Source: Acidobacteriota bacterium
GTDB lineage: Bacteria; Acidobacteriota; UBA890; WLXD01
DNA: 64,000 bases
Reading direction: 5' to 3'
NCBI GenBank assembly: GCA_965248695.1
Contig: CBDFKD010000002.1
Span: forward strand, 608,001 to 672,000
Shown here: positions 38,521 to 48,030 of the stretch, piece by piece
Layout of the letters: each line of letters opens with the position of its first letter
Numbering within the stretch: position 1 is the first letter of the stretch
Program-made: the position numbers and the translations under genes
The notes under the pieces: generated by a model
What the model was told of the DNA's origin: nothing
What the model saw: only the letters and a program-made list of their open reading frames with translations
The model's database searches: none

Positions 38521-39468
38521 TTACGCCAGCGACATCCTCGCCAGCAGCGCCTGCCGCGCGTGGCGACGGGCGCTCGGAGCACACGTGACGCTGATATGCC
38601 CGTGCGGGAACCACTGCACGGGCACCCCCCAGCGGCGTTGTAGATCGACCAACGACGCGGGGGCGACGACGTTATCGAACCGCGCCCCGATCAACGCCAC
38701 GGCAGCGGCCGGCAAGTGCAGCCTGCGGCGGCCGGGCGCGTAGCGGCCGAAGGCGTCGTTGGTGAGGTCGCGGTCGAGACCGCCGGCGGCGAGCGCCGTG
38801 CGGATCGGAGCGGTCAGCGGTGACTCCCACATCGTGTTGTGCGGATCCACCACGGGTGTCCAAAGCACCGCCGCATCGATCGCCGTGGCGGTCGTCAGGG
38901 CAAGAGCCGCGACCCAGCCTCCGAGGCTGACACCCCAGACCCCGACTGGGCCATTCCGACCGTGCAGCCAGGCGGCGAGGGCACGCGTTTCAGCAACCGC
39001 TCGGCACACGGCCTCGCCGGTACCTGCGAGGTCAGCCGACAAGCAGCGCTCGCCCGATATAGCCCCAGGCGGGGTGCGCTCACAGTGTGCCGGCAGGCGT
39101 GGTACCCAGATCTCGATCCCGGCCCGGCGAAGCGGCGTGGCGAGGCCGGCCGTGAACGCAATTTGTGGCCGTGTTGCCAGCCAACCATGCAGCAGAATCA
39201 GCGCTCCGCGCGGCGTGCCATGCGCCGGCAGGCGGGTCGCGAGCCACTCGTCAGCCTGACCATCGGCGCGCCATTGCTCGACTCCCTTCCGGCCGCCTGT
39301 ATGTCGCGGCCGCATCTGGAGCGGCGGGCCGGCAAGCGGATCGACCGGTAAACCTTGCAGGTAGGCGTCCAGGGACTGGCGAGAGATCGCCGGCTGTCGG
39401 CCTCGAATTCGTCTTGCGACGACGAGCGCGTTGGCTCCGTCAAGCAACTTTGCAATGGGATAGGACAC
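38521..39468 (-). CDS. Alpha/beta hydrolase
   Basis: LLHGW, GVSLGG nucleophile elbow, FDNVV, GH. Start uncertain. Confidence 0.8.
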   Translation of the reverse strand: MSYPIAKLLDGANALVVARRIRGRQPAISRQSLDAYLQGLPVDPLAGPPLQMRPRHTGGRKGVEQWRADGQADEWLATRLPAHGTPRGALILLHGWLATRPQIAFTAGLATPLRRAGIEIWVPRLPAHCERTPPGAISGERCLSADLAGTGEAVCRAVAETRALAAWLHGRNGPVGVWGVSLGGWVAALALTTATAIDAAVLWTPVVDPHNTMWESPLTAPIRTALAAGGLDRDLTNDAFGRYAPGRRRLHLPAAAVALIGARFDNVVAPASLVDLQRRWGVPVQWFPHGHISVTCAPSARRHARQALLARMSLA

Positions 39469-39840
39469 GCGCGCTGGCGCTCGAGATGACGGTGGGCGAG
39501 TGACTACTGTTCGCAAGCCTAGCAGGGTGGGCAGCGCGACCTGCAAGTCGGTCAACTATTGACAGAGCTTTGACACAGAAAGCGGGTCGCCAGTGGAAAC
39601 TTTCGATCGTTGCCGCGCGTCTAATGAGATGAAAGCGGTCAAGAGCGCGCTGGCCCTGTCCCGTTGATGGACGTAAAGGGGAGCGGCCTGGGGCTGTGGC
39701 CGGCGCGCTGTTGGCCGCTTTTGTTGTTGCTGCACGGCCGGTGGGACCGGCGCCGCCTGGCATGGGGATTGCGAGCTCTACGGGCAGGGTCATGAGCCCC
39801 CGACGGAAGAGCTCAGTGTGCGCAAACGAAAGGTCCGAAT

Positions 39841-40182
39841 ATGCATGAAACGCGACGTAAGAACCGTTCCAAGGGTCAGCTGGATGCTCTGTTCGAAGCG
39901 GAGCGGCGTCTGATGGCAATTGACCAGAAAGACGTACACGCCTGCCGCCAGCTGTGGCGTACGGTGATCGAGCGAACCGTGGATGACATCCGGTTCCTGA
40001 AACGTCACCGCGGTAAGGGAAAGCTCAAGAAACACGAGGAAGAGCGTCTGCGCCGGATACGCGAGAACCCGCCTCAGGAGTTCATTCACGGCGACTGGTT
40101 TGACCAGATTTGTGACTATCTGCAGGTCGACCCAATGCGACTGCGTCGCGCGATCGTGGACTCGGAGATACGCGCAGCCTGA
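39841..40182 (+). CDS. Uncharacterised small protein, paralog B of the LWxxVI..D / F..IC..L family
   Basis: ACRQLWRTVIERTVDD...WFDQICDYLQVDPMRLR; followed by a terminator. Confidence 0.82.
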   Translation: MHETRRKNRSKGQLDALFEAERRLMAIDQKDVHACRQLWRTVIERTVDDIRFLKRHRGKGKLKKHEEERLRRIRENPPQEFIHGDWFDQICDYLQVDPMRLRRAIVDSEIRAA

Positions 40183-40213
40183 CAATCGGGTCGTTCACCA
40201 GCTTTCCTGGGAC

Positions 40214-40251
40214 CGGGGGAGCGCCACGGCGGCGCTCCCCCGTTTGCGTTT
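40214..40251 (+). terminator. Probable intrinsic terminator
   Basis: 12-bp stem CGGGGGAGCGCC / GGCGCTCCCCCG followed by TTTGCGTTT. Confidence 0.75.
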
Positions 40252-40429
40252 CCCTGCGCGTTGGCTTGTAATTGCCACCCTCACGGGGGACCGCACGACC
40301 TGACGTCGGAGTGTCCGCGCGCCGTCGCTGACCGTCTGCGGTCGTTTGGGGGCCGACAATCGTGGCCGGGCGAGCGCACGAATACTCTACGCTGGACCCC
40401 GTTCGTAAGTTGGAGCACAGATTCTCGCT

Positions 40430-40960
40430 GTGAAAGTGGCATTCATCGGCACCCACGGTGTGGGCAAGACCACGTTGGCCTACGGGCTCGCAATGCGCCT
40501 GAAGGAGTTGGGAGCCAACGTCGGCTTCCTGGAGGAGGTGGCGCGGCGCTGCCCCCTGCCAATCAACGAGGAAACCAGCCTGGAGGCCCAAACCTGGATT
40601 CTGATGGAGACCATTCGGCGCGAGATCGAGCTCGACAATCTGTACACGGAGATCGTCTGCGATCGCTCGGTAATCGACAACTACTGCTATCTGGAGTTCG
40701 GGCTGCGGCGGCAGCCAGCGCTGTTCGACCTGGCATGTTATTGGGCCGCCACCTACGACCTGCTCTTCAAGGTACCGATCCGTCCGGAGCTCCTCCAGAG
40801 TGACGGCACACGATCGACCGACCTGGCGTTTCAGAGCGCCATCGACGAGACGCTCGATACCCTCCTGGAGGAGGGGGGCGTGCAGTACGCGCGCTTCACC
40901 ACGCTCGACGATGCGGTCGAACAGGCGCGCCTCGCCTCCGGACGGCTCCCGATCGCCTAG
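40430..40960 (+). CDS. NadR/Ttd14-like (AAA_28) P-loop kinase/ATPase
   Basis: GTHGVGKTT, EVAR, CDRSVIDN, DGTR. Confidence 0.85.
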   Translation: MKVAFIGTHGVGKTTLAYGLAMRLKELGANVGFLEEVARRCPLPINEETSLEAQTWILMETIRREIELDNLYTEIVCDRSVIDNYCYLEFGLRRQPALFDLACYWAATYDLLFKVPIRPELLQSDGTRSTDLAFQSAIDETLDTLLEEGGVQYARFTTLDDAVEQARLASGRLPIA

Positions 40961-41231
40961 CAGGCCGTGGTGGAAGTGTGGCGGGACTGGTTGCGACGAG
41001 TTGGGGCCAGATGCAAGGCGGCATGGCGGAGGCGATGCCCTAGCCATCGTCGAGGAGGGCCAACGCCGCAGATGGCCCCACATCGTCGCAACCCTTTGGG
41101 CGACAAGGGGTTGCGCGCGTATGCTGCGTCGTTCGTCGTCAACGATGGGGTAACCATCGCCTCCTCCTCTCTCCTTGCCTCCACCTCGCAAGACCCTGTC
41201 GCCAGGCCCGCCACACTTCCACCACGGCCTG
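40961..41231. mobile_element. MITE/REP-like non-autonomous element, 271 bp
   Basis: 30-bp terminal inverted repeats (29/30 identical, CAGGCCGTGGTGGAAGTGTGGCGGG[A/C]CTGG) with CTAG on both sides. Confidence 0.85.
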
Positions 41232-41256
41232 CTAGTGGCCTGTAACAGTTGAATCG

Positions 41257-43845
41257 CTAGCTTGTCTGCTCCGCCCGGGGGCGAAAGACAGCGTTGAAGA
41301 GCACTTTGAACGTCTGGTGCGACTGCGCCCGATACTCCGGCGAGAAACCGACCATCACCAGCCGACCTTCGCCGTACGGGACCTCGAGAAGAGCAGCACG
41401 GCCGGCAAGCTCCGATTCGCCCTGGATCCAACCGCTCATCAGCAGCGCCGTGTCGGGATAACTGGCGACGACACGCGCGGTTGCCGGCGCGCGCCAGAAG
41501 GGACTGTTCCAGAAGAATACGGATGTCTCCGACCGGAGCCCGTAAGCCAACCAATGGCGCGTGTCTACATCGACCCGCAAGATCGATCCCGGAATGTTGA
41601 AGGTGGTGCGCGGCAATGCCCGGTGCAGGCTTCGCGGCGCGTCGAGATGGCGCGCCGCGAACTCGGTCGATCCTCCCCAAGTCAGCACGGTGCCGCCAGC
41701 CGCGAGGTAAGCACGCAGGGCGGCGACGCCTTCGGAGCCGATACCACCGGCGATGTTCGGAGGGCTCGGAGGCCGGCGCCGGCCGGCACGTTCCTCGGCG
41801 ATTCCCGGGAGTCCGGCGACGATGCTGTCGGCGCTTCCCGGTGGGACGATCACGAGTCCGTACGGATCGAGATCGCCACGGCGAACGTCGGCGTCCCGCA
41901 GCGTATCGAACGGTATTGCGTGTTGCTCGAACACGAAGCGCGCCCATCCCTCCGGGATACTGGGCACATAGCTCTGGTAAATGCCGACTCGGGGCGGCGC
42001 GATCCAGCCGGAGGCTACGGTCGGAATCTCGCTGACCCCCCAGCCCACGACGCGGTGCTCCTCAACCAGCGCCGCCAGTTGCTGCAGCGCCGCAATCGCC
42101 GCCGCTCCTCGGGGTAGCGTGTAGATCCAGCTGCCCGCCGGCCACGGCTTACCTGCCGCCTCGAATGGCTCCGTCGAGCGACGCAGGCCGCCACCGGCTA
42201 GCTGGACGGCGACGCTGAACGTGTTGTTGACGCGTGGATCGAGCAGGTAGGCCACCGCGTTGCCCAGCGGATCCACTAGTTCGCCCGTCGGCTGTATCGG
42301 TGCGGTGATGGGCGCCAGATCAGCCTCGAACGCCTCCGCCACAACTTCCACATCAACGTTCATCAACAGCGGCAAGGTGTGCGCCGTGACATCGTACGGT
42401 GGATCGAGCGGACCGCCTTCGTACAGGAGCATCCGAGGATAGACCTGACGCTCGAGAACGCTCTTGGCGAAGCGACCCGCGGGCTGGGCGAAGCGCACCA
42501 CCACGGAGCCCGCGTCGAAGTCACGCCCGGCGGCAGTGAACGGTCCTCGCGCAACCTCGAGCTCGACGTCGGAGATCAGCAGCACCTCCTGGAGCCTCGC
42601 CGCCACCGGTGGGTCGGGCTGCATAGCTGGTATGACGAACGCGTACGGGGATCCGCTGGGCGGCGACACCGAGCGTCGCTGCGTCTGCAACATGCCACGC
42701 AACAGATGTTGTCTCAGATCGGCGGCGGCGCGAAGGGCCGCCATGGCACCGGCGTAGTGGTAGTCGACGACGTCGCGGAAACGCCACGCTCCGCCCGGCC
42801 ACGGATCGGGGAAATACCAGTGCCGCTCACGGTAGGCGCTCGCCAGTTGATCCGGCGAGACCTCCAGGTCGTCCGCGTAGTCGGCGCTCGCCACCTCAGT
42901 GAGCAGCCGAACGCCACCGTGCGTGTGGGGGTAAGCCCGCGCCGGCGTCCAGGCATCGTATCTCTGCTTCCATTCGACCCCGGAATAGCCGCGGGCGGTG
43001 AGGTACTGCCCCATGAACGTGCCAATCATGTTGTTGGATGCGATCAGGGTGGCGTCGACGTTCGGCTCCCATGGATCCTCGAACGGCGGCACGAAGATCC
43101 GCGAGCGGTTCGACCCCTGCTGATGCTGATCGAGCACGAACTGCGGATGCAGCAGGTTGTGCAGGCGGACAGAGAGCCGAGTCTCGACCTGGGTGAACAT
43201 GTACCAGTCGCGATTGTTGTCGTGCCCCACATAGCGTTGATACAAGAACGGCGGCGGCGAGTTCTGGTACGGCGTCCCACGCTGCGTGTCCAGCCAGGTA
43301 GTCACCATCTCCTGGCCATCGGGGTTGTGCACCGGCACGTGAGCGATGATCACGTTCTCGAGGATGTGTCGCGTCTCGGCATCGTCGGCCGCGGCAAGAC
43401 GGTGCGCCAGCAGGAGGCCGCCCTGCGAGGCGCCGACTTCGGTCGAGTGGATCTGGCCGTTGACGATGACGACCGATCGTCCGTTTTCGAGGATTCGATC
43501 CGCTTCCGCGTCACTCAGCCCGCGTGGGTCGTAGAGCCTGGCGTTGTCCGCCAGCAGGTGGTCGATCTGCGCCAGGTTGCCCGGCGCAGAGATCAGCGAG
43601 TAGTAGAACGGCCGACCATCGGTCGTAGCTCCGAAGCGGTGTACCTGGACCCGATCGGAACGCTCGGCAAGAAGCTCGTAGTACTCGAGAATCTCGGAGT
43701 GTCGGATCAGCACTCCCGCGCCGCCGATCTGGCGCCCGAAGTAGTCGCTCGGGTGTGGGATGTCCTGTCCGATCGCTGGCGCTACCATTGAGGCGGCAAG
43801 GCCGATAATCAGGAGGGTCAGCAAGCAGGATCGTATTGAGCGCAT
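41257..43845 (-). CDS. Secreted M14 zinc carboxypeptidase with a C-terminal GATase1-like domain
   Basis: IHSTE, NPDG, HDNNRD and LDQHQ motifs; signal peptide. Confidence 0.92.
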   Translation of the reverse strand: MRSIRSCLLTLLIIGLAASMVAPAIGQDIPHPSDYFGRQIGGAGVLIRHSEILEYYELLAERSDRVQVHRFGATTDGRPFYYSLISAPGNLAQIDHLLADNARLYDPRGLSDAEADRILENGRSVVIVNGQIHSTEVGASQGGLLLAHRLAAADDAETRHILENVIIAHVPVHNPDGQEMVTTWLDTQRGTPYQNSPPPFLYQRYVGHDNNRDWYMFTQVETRLSVRLHNLLHPQFVLDQHQQGSNRSRIFVPPFEDPWEPNVDATLIASNNMIGTFMGQYLTARGYSGVEWKQRYDAWTPARAYPHTHGGVRLLTEVASADYADDLEVSPDQLASAYRERHWYFPDPWPGGAWRFRDVVDYHYAGAMAALRAAADLRQHLLRGMLQTQRRSVSPPSGSPYAFVIPAMQPDPPVAARLQEVLLISDVELEVARGPFTAAGRDFDAGSVVVRFAQPAGRFAKSVLERQVYPRMLLYEGGPLDPPYDVTAHTLPLLMNVDVEVVAEAFEADLAPITAPIQPTGELVDPLGNAVAYLLDPRVNNTFSVAVQLAGGGLRRSTEPFEAAGKPWPAGSWIYTLPRGAAAIAALQQLAALVEEHRVVGWGVSEIPTVASGWIAPPRVGIYQSYVPSIPEGWARFVFEQHAIPFDTLRDADVRRGDLDPYGLVIVPPGSADSIVAGLPGIAEERAGRRRPPSPPNIAGGIGSEGVAALRAYLAAGGTVLTWGGSTEFAARHLDAPRSLHRALPRTTFNIPGSILRVDVDTRHWLAYGLRSETSVFFWNSPFWRAPATARVVASYPDTALLMSGWIQGESELAGRAALLEVPYGEGRLVMVGFSPEYRAQSHQTFKVLFNAVFRPRAEQTS

Positions 43846-43951
43846 CGAACCTCCATAGGAAACGCGGCCGGATCGGCTCTAGAGCCGCGGCAGTATCCCA
43901 CGCGTGCGTTCTGGCGCCGGGATTCAGAGATCGTCTGACCGGAGACGAACG

Positions 43952-44320
43952 ATGTCCGTGACACAGACCATGCGATGCCCGAGTTGCGGCTCCGAATACC
44001 GTACTGGCTTCGAAACCTGTGCCGATTGCGGTGTCGCCCTGGAGCACGCCGACGCAACGTCGCCGGCCGTCGAGCCGGTCGATACGCTCGACTGGTCGCC
44101 GCTTCGCACGCTGTCTTCGGAAAGCGAAGCCGTCCTGCTGCAGGGTTATCTGGAGAACGCCGGCGTGGCGTGCGCAATCGAGTCGCTGGTATTCCACGCC
44201 GAGCCGTTCACTTTCGGCCCGCTCGCCAAGGTTCGGGTATACGTGCCGACCGCCGACCATGAGCGCGCCGAACAGCTGCTACGCGCCTGCCACCTCGTCG
44301 CTGCTCCCGAGCCGGACTAG
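43952..44320 (+). CDS. Zinc-ribbon plus DUF2007 (putative signal-transducing) protein
   Basis: CPSCGSEY...CADCGVAL; EAVLLQGYLENAGV...VRVYVP...ERAEQLL. Confidence 0.82.
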   Translation: MSVTQTMRCPSCGSEYRTGFETCADCGVALEHADATSPAVEPVDTLDWSPLRTLSSESEAVLLQGYLENAGVACAIESLVFHAEPFTFGPLAKVRVYVPTADHERAEQLLRACHLVAAPEPD

Positions 44321-44375
44321 TTGGCCTGCTCGATATCCTCCTCGTCGTGGCTGCCGAGCCCGACTAGCTGTCGCC

Positions 44376-44699
44376 TTACTCGGTCCTCTCGATCATCGCG
44401 GCAGTGCCGAAGACGAGAATCTCCGCCGCCGACGCCATGATGTAGGAGGTCGAGAAGCCCACCCCGATGATCGCATTGGCATCTAGCTGCCTGGCCTCCT
44501 CGATCATTCGATCGAGCGCTTGCTCACGCGCCTCGGCCATCATCTTCGTGTAGTCGGAGATCTCACCGCCCACCATGCCGCGCAGGCCCGCCATGATGTC
44601 GCGGCCGACGTGGCGCGCGCGCACGGTGTTGCCGCGCACGAGACCAAGGGTCGCCACGACCGTTGCTCCGGGAACTGTTTCGATAGTGGTGAGGATCAT
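44376..44699 (-). CDS. YbjQ/UPF0145 family protein
   Basis: LGLVRGNTVRARHVGRD...VGGEISDYT...EILVFGTA. Confidence 0.92.
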   Translation of the reverse strand: MILTTIETVPGATVVATLGLVRGNTVRARHVGRDIMAGLRGMVGGEISDYTKMMAEAREQALDRMIEEARQLDANAIIGVGFSTSYIMASAAEILVFGTAAMIERTE

Positions 44700-45184
44700 C
44701 GCTCGACCCCTTTATAGCGTTCCGTTCGATACAGATAGGCGCGCTCACGCGCGATATTTACCAGCAGCAGCAGCATGCCACCAACGAAGCTACCCACGCC
44801 CAGCCGCACCACCAAGGACACCGAAGCGTCCAGCAGGACGTTCATCATCAGGTGCCAGAGGCCGAAACCGCTGAGCAGCGTCACGCCTAGCCAGAGCAGC
44901 GCCCAGCCCAGGCTTCGGGCGATGCGATCATAGATCCGCTCCCACGCCCGGGCGGTGTCTATCGGAGCTCCTTGTTCGATCATCGCTTCGGTTACCTCCC
45001 CTAGTCGTCGATAGGCTTGCTCCTCTCGCCGACAGCTCACGCACACGGCAAGGTGGTCTTCGAGCCTACGGCTCGCGTCGGCCTCGAGCTCGCCGTCGAT
45101 GAAGCCCATCAACAGCACCCGAGCCTCATCGCATTCCCGTGGTGGCGGGCCTCCTGATTTCGACCTTCGAGTCATCTCACTCAT
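44696..45184 (-). CDS. Zinc-finger (zf-HC2) membrane anti-sigma factor
   Basis: C...IDGEL...HLAVCVSC; two TM helices. Confidence 0.88.
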   Translation of the reverse strand: MSEMTRRSKSGGPPPRECDEARVLLMGFIDGELEADASRRLEDHLAVCVSCRREEQAYRRLGEVTEAMIEQGAPIDTARAWERIYDRIARSLGWALLWLGVTLLSGFGLWHLMMNVLLDASVSLVVRLGVGSFVGGMLLLLVNIARERAYLYRTERYKGVER

Positions 45185-45202
45185 CCTGTTGCTCCCTGCC
45201 GA

Positions 45203-45769
45203 TCACCGATCTGTCTCGATCAGGCCCGGATCGAGCTCCTCGAGGCGCTCACGCAGCCGCTTTCGGGCGCGAAAAAGACGGGACATCACCGTGCCGCTCG
45301 GTATCCCCAACTGGACAGCTAGCTCGTCGTATGTGAAGCCTTCGACGTGCTTGAGAACGAGCAGAGCGCGATCGTCGGCTGAGATCGAACGGATCGCTCG
45401 CGCCACCAGATCCGCGGTTCGCGACGGCGCCCCGATCGCGCCAGGGGCGGCCCAGTGCCCGGGCCGCTGCCCGGCTGCCTCGCGCCGCGCCCGTGAGCGT
45501 GAGCGCGATCGCACGAAGACCTTCGCCCGGTTGATCAGGATGCCGCGCAACCAGGGATAGAACGGACGCCCGGGCTCATGCGTCGGCATCGCCCGAAAGG
45601 CGGCGACAAAGGCTTCCTGGGCAACATCCTCGGCCTCACCGGAGTCGCCGATCAACGCACCGGCCAGGCGCACTGCACGGCCGAAATAGGCGTCCACCAG
45701 CGGCCGGTAGGCCGAGGCCTGCCCGCGACGGCAGGCGTCGAGGCAATGCTGTTCGTACGTGGCTTCCAT
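45203..45769 (-). CDS. ECF sigma-70 factor
   Basis: AEDVAQEAF, FYPWLRGILIN, GTVMSRLFRAR. Start taken at ATG 45769. Confidence 0.92.
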   Translation of the reverse strand: MEATYEQHCLDACRRGQASAYRPLVDAYFGRAVRLAGALIGDSGEAEDVAQEAFVAAFRAMPTHEPGRPFYPWLRGILINRAKVFVRSRSRSRARREAAGQRPGHWAAPGAIGAPSRTADLVARAIRSISADDRALLVLKHVEGFTYDELAVQLGIPSGTVMSRLFRARKRLRERLEELDPGLIETDR

Positions 45770-45980
45770 ATGCCTTCTAGCGTTGCTGGCCGTTCGTGTA
45801 GAACACAGCCCTGCCCCTAGTTTGCCGCCGACGACCAACGTCTTCCGAGATGATCCGCGATCCGTCGAAAGTCGCATCGGCGCCGTCCTCTGGGAGCAGG
45901 GATGCGTCAGAGCGTCGATTCATGGACACCGTACGCCCACTGAGGACCCGACGCTCATAGCGAGGAAACTGACCGCTAGC

Positions 45981-46000
45981 TATTAGTCACTATTAGATAC
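45981..46000. promoter_or_regulatory. Tandem TATTAG boxes with 10-bp period in an AT-rich divergent promoter region
   Basis: TATTAGTCAC-TATTAGATAC, the same core as 26593-26621. Confidence 0.5.
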
Positions 46001-46088
46001 TTTTACACTGTTAACCACTTCCAAACAGACATCCGAAGCGCTATGCTGTCCTTCAGTCACCATCAAGGAGGGGACAGGAGTCGCAAGC

Positions 46089-46457
46089 ATGAGTCCGAAA
46101 CTATGGGGAGGCGAAGAGCGCCGCGCCTTCCCACGCCACGAGGCGACGCTCAACGTCCATATCCAGGTGGAGGTGTACGGGTTCGACGCCGACGCCCGCC
46201 CGTTCTTTTGCCGTGGGACGACGACCAACATCAGCCGGAGCGGTCTCCTCGGAAGGGTCAACGCGCCGGTCAACGTAGGCGCGATTTGCAAGCTGTTCTT
46301 CCATGACCCGAGCGTGGAGCTGCATCCGCACAACGTCTGCGGGCGCGTAACTCGCTGCGCTGAGCGCGACGGCGCGTTCGATGTGTCGCTAGAATTCGAC
46401 GAGACGCTGAGCAAGCTGCGTGCCGCGGATATGGTGGCGGTCGTGACGGTCGCCTGA
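46089..46457 (+). CDS. Stand-alone PilZ domain protein
   Basis: RRAFPR (RxxxR) and NISRSG (D/NxSxxG) c-di-GMP motifs. Confidence 0.85.
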   Translation: MSPKLWGGEERRAFPRHEATLNVHIQVEVYGFDADARPFFCRGTTTNISRSGLLGRVNAPVNVGAICKLFFHDPSVELHPHNVCGRVTRCAERDGAFDVSLEFDETLSKLRAADMVAVVTVA

Positions 46458-46480
46458 CCAGCCAAGCGGCCCGGAAGCGG

Positions 46481-47998
46481 ATGTCTGACCTCCCTGACCT
46501 CGGCGACCTCGATCCGGAGGAGTTTCGTCGACGCGGCCACCAGGTAATCGACTGGATCTGCGACTACCTCACCAATACGCGCGACTATCCAGTGTTGTCC
46601 AAGGCTCGGCCGGGCCAGATCCTCGCACAGCTGCCCGCCACCGGGCCTGAAGAACCGGTCTCGTGGGACGAGACGCTGGCGGCGATCGACGACGTGCTGG
46701 TTCCCGGCATGACGCACTGGAATCACCCGGGATTCTTCGCCTATTTCGCCAACACGGGCTCCGCGCCAGGAATTCTAGGAGCAGCGCTGGCGACGGCGCT
46801 GAACCCCAACGGCATGCTCTGGCGTACTTCGCCGGCGGTAACCGAGCTCGAGCAGCGCGTGCTGGAGTGGGTGCGAGACTGGCTCGGCTTGCCGGCCGAG
46901 TGCTTCGGCATCATCTATGACACCGCGTCAACCTCCAGCCTGTGCGCGCTCGCCGCAGCACGGCAGGCTGCCGATGGATATTGCCGCGAGCGGGGCGTCG
47001 CTGCGCTCGACGGCAGGTTGCGGTTGTATCGATCGGAACAGGCGCATTCCTCGATCGACAAGGCGGCGCTGGTGCTCGGTCTGGGCCTCGATTCGGTTCG
47101 CGCCGTGCCGACACGTGACGACTACTCGATGGACCCTGCCGCCCTCGCGGAGACGATCGAAGCCGACAGAAACGCCGGGCTACTGCCCTTCTGTGTCGTC
47201 GCTACTGCCGGAACCACATCGTCCACTAGCATCGACCCTCTCGCCGACATCGCCAGCGTGTGCGAGCGCCACCGACTCTGGATGCACGTCGATGCCGCCT
47301 ACGGTGGCGCAGCAGCGATGGTGCCAGAGACGCGCTCGCTCTTCGCCGGCTGGGAACGCGCCCAATCGGTGGTGGTGAACCCGCACAAGTGGCTCTACAC
47401 ACCGATGTCGTGCAGTCTGCTCTACACCACTCGTCCGGACACGCTTCGCGAGGCGTTCAGCCTAGTCCCGGAGTATCTCCGCAGTGATGTCGGCGAACCA
47501 CCCCGGGGCGCTTCCGACAACGCCGACACCGCACCGCCCGATCTCATGAACTTTGGCATCCAGCTCGGCCGACCGTTCCGAGCGCTGAAACTCTGGATGG
47601 TCCTCAATGCGTACGGTCGACGCGGCATCGTCGATCGTTTGCGCGCCCAGCTGGCGATGGCAGCCGACCTTGCCCGCCGCATCGACGAGCACCCGGACTT
47701 CGAAAGGCTCGCCGCCACGCCGCTGGGTACCGTCTGCTTCCGCTGCCGGCCGGGCGCGGGCAGCTCGCCCAGCGACGGGACCACGCTTCCGGAGATCGAC
47801 CACGATCCTCATGCCGAGCTCAACGAGCAACTGATGACCAGGGTGAACGACGGCGGCGCGATGTTCATCTCCCACACCCGACTGCGCGGCCGACTCGTGC
47901 TGCGCATGTCGATCGGCAATCTTCGCACCACGCGCGACGACCTCGACTTGGCCTGGAAGACACTCCAGCGGGCGGCTACTGAGCTGCTTTCAGCCTGA
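46481..47998 (+). CDS. Group II PLP decarboxylase (aromatic-L-amino-acid decarboxylase-like)
   Basis: THWNHPGFFAYF, SPAVTELE, HSSIDKA, HVDAAYGG, NPHKW, RPFRALKLW. Confidence 0.93.
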   Translation: MSDLPDLGDLDPEEFRRRGHQVIDWICDYLTNTRDYPVLSKARPGQILAQLPATGPEEPVSWDETLAAIDDVLVPGMTHWNHPGFFAYFANTGSAPGILGAALATALNPNGMLWRTSPAVTELEQRVLEWVRDWLGLPAECFGIIYDTASTSSLCALAAARQAADGYCRERGVAALDGRLRLYRSEQAHSSIDKAALVLGLGLDSVRAVPTRDDYSMDPAALAETIEADRNAGLLPFCVVATAGTTSSTSIDPLADIASVCERHRLWMHVDAAYGGAAAMVPETRSLFAGWERAQSVVVNPHKWLYTPMSCSLLYTTRPDTLREAFSLVPEYLRSDVGEPPRGASDNADTAPPDLMNFGIQLGRPFRALKLWMVLNAYGRRGIVDRLRAQLAMAADLARRIDEHPDFERLAATPLGTVCFRCRPGAGSSPSDGTTLPEIDHDPHAELNEQLMTRVNDGGAMFISHTRLRGRLVLRMSIGNLRTTRDDLDLAWKTLQRAATELLSA

Positions 47999-48030
47999 GG
48001 CGCCTCGACCTCGGACTCGGCACCACCGGG

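Noticed and set aside
45799-45825. ECF autoregulatory promoter (GCAAAC-N15-GTTCTA, minus strand)
   Set aside because: Match and spacing are too weak to support without knowing the ECF group consensus.
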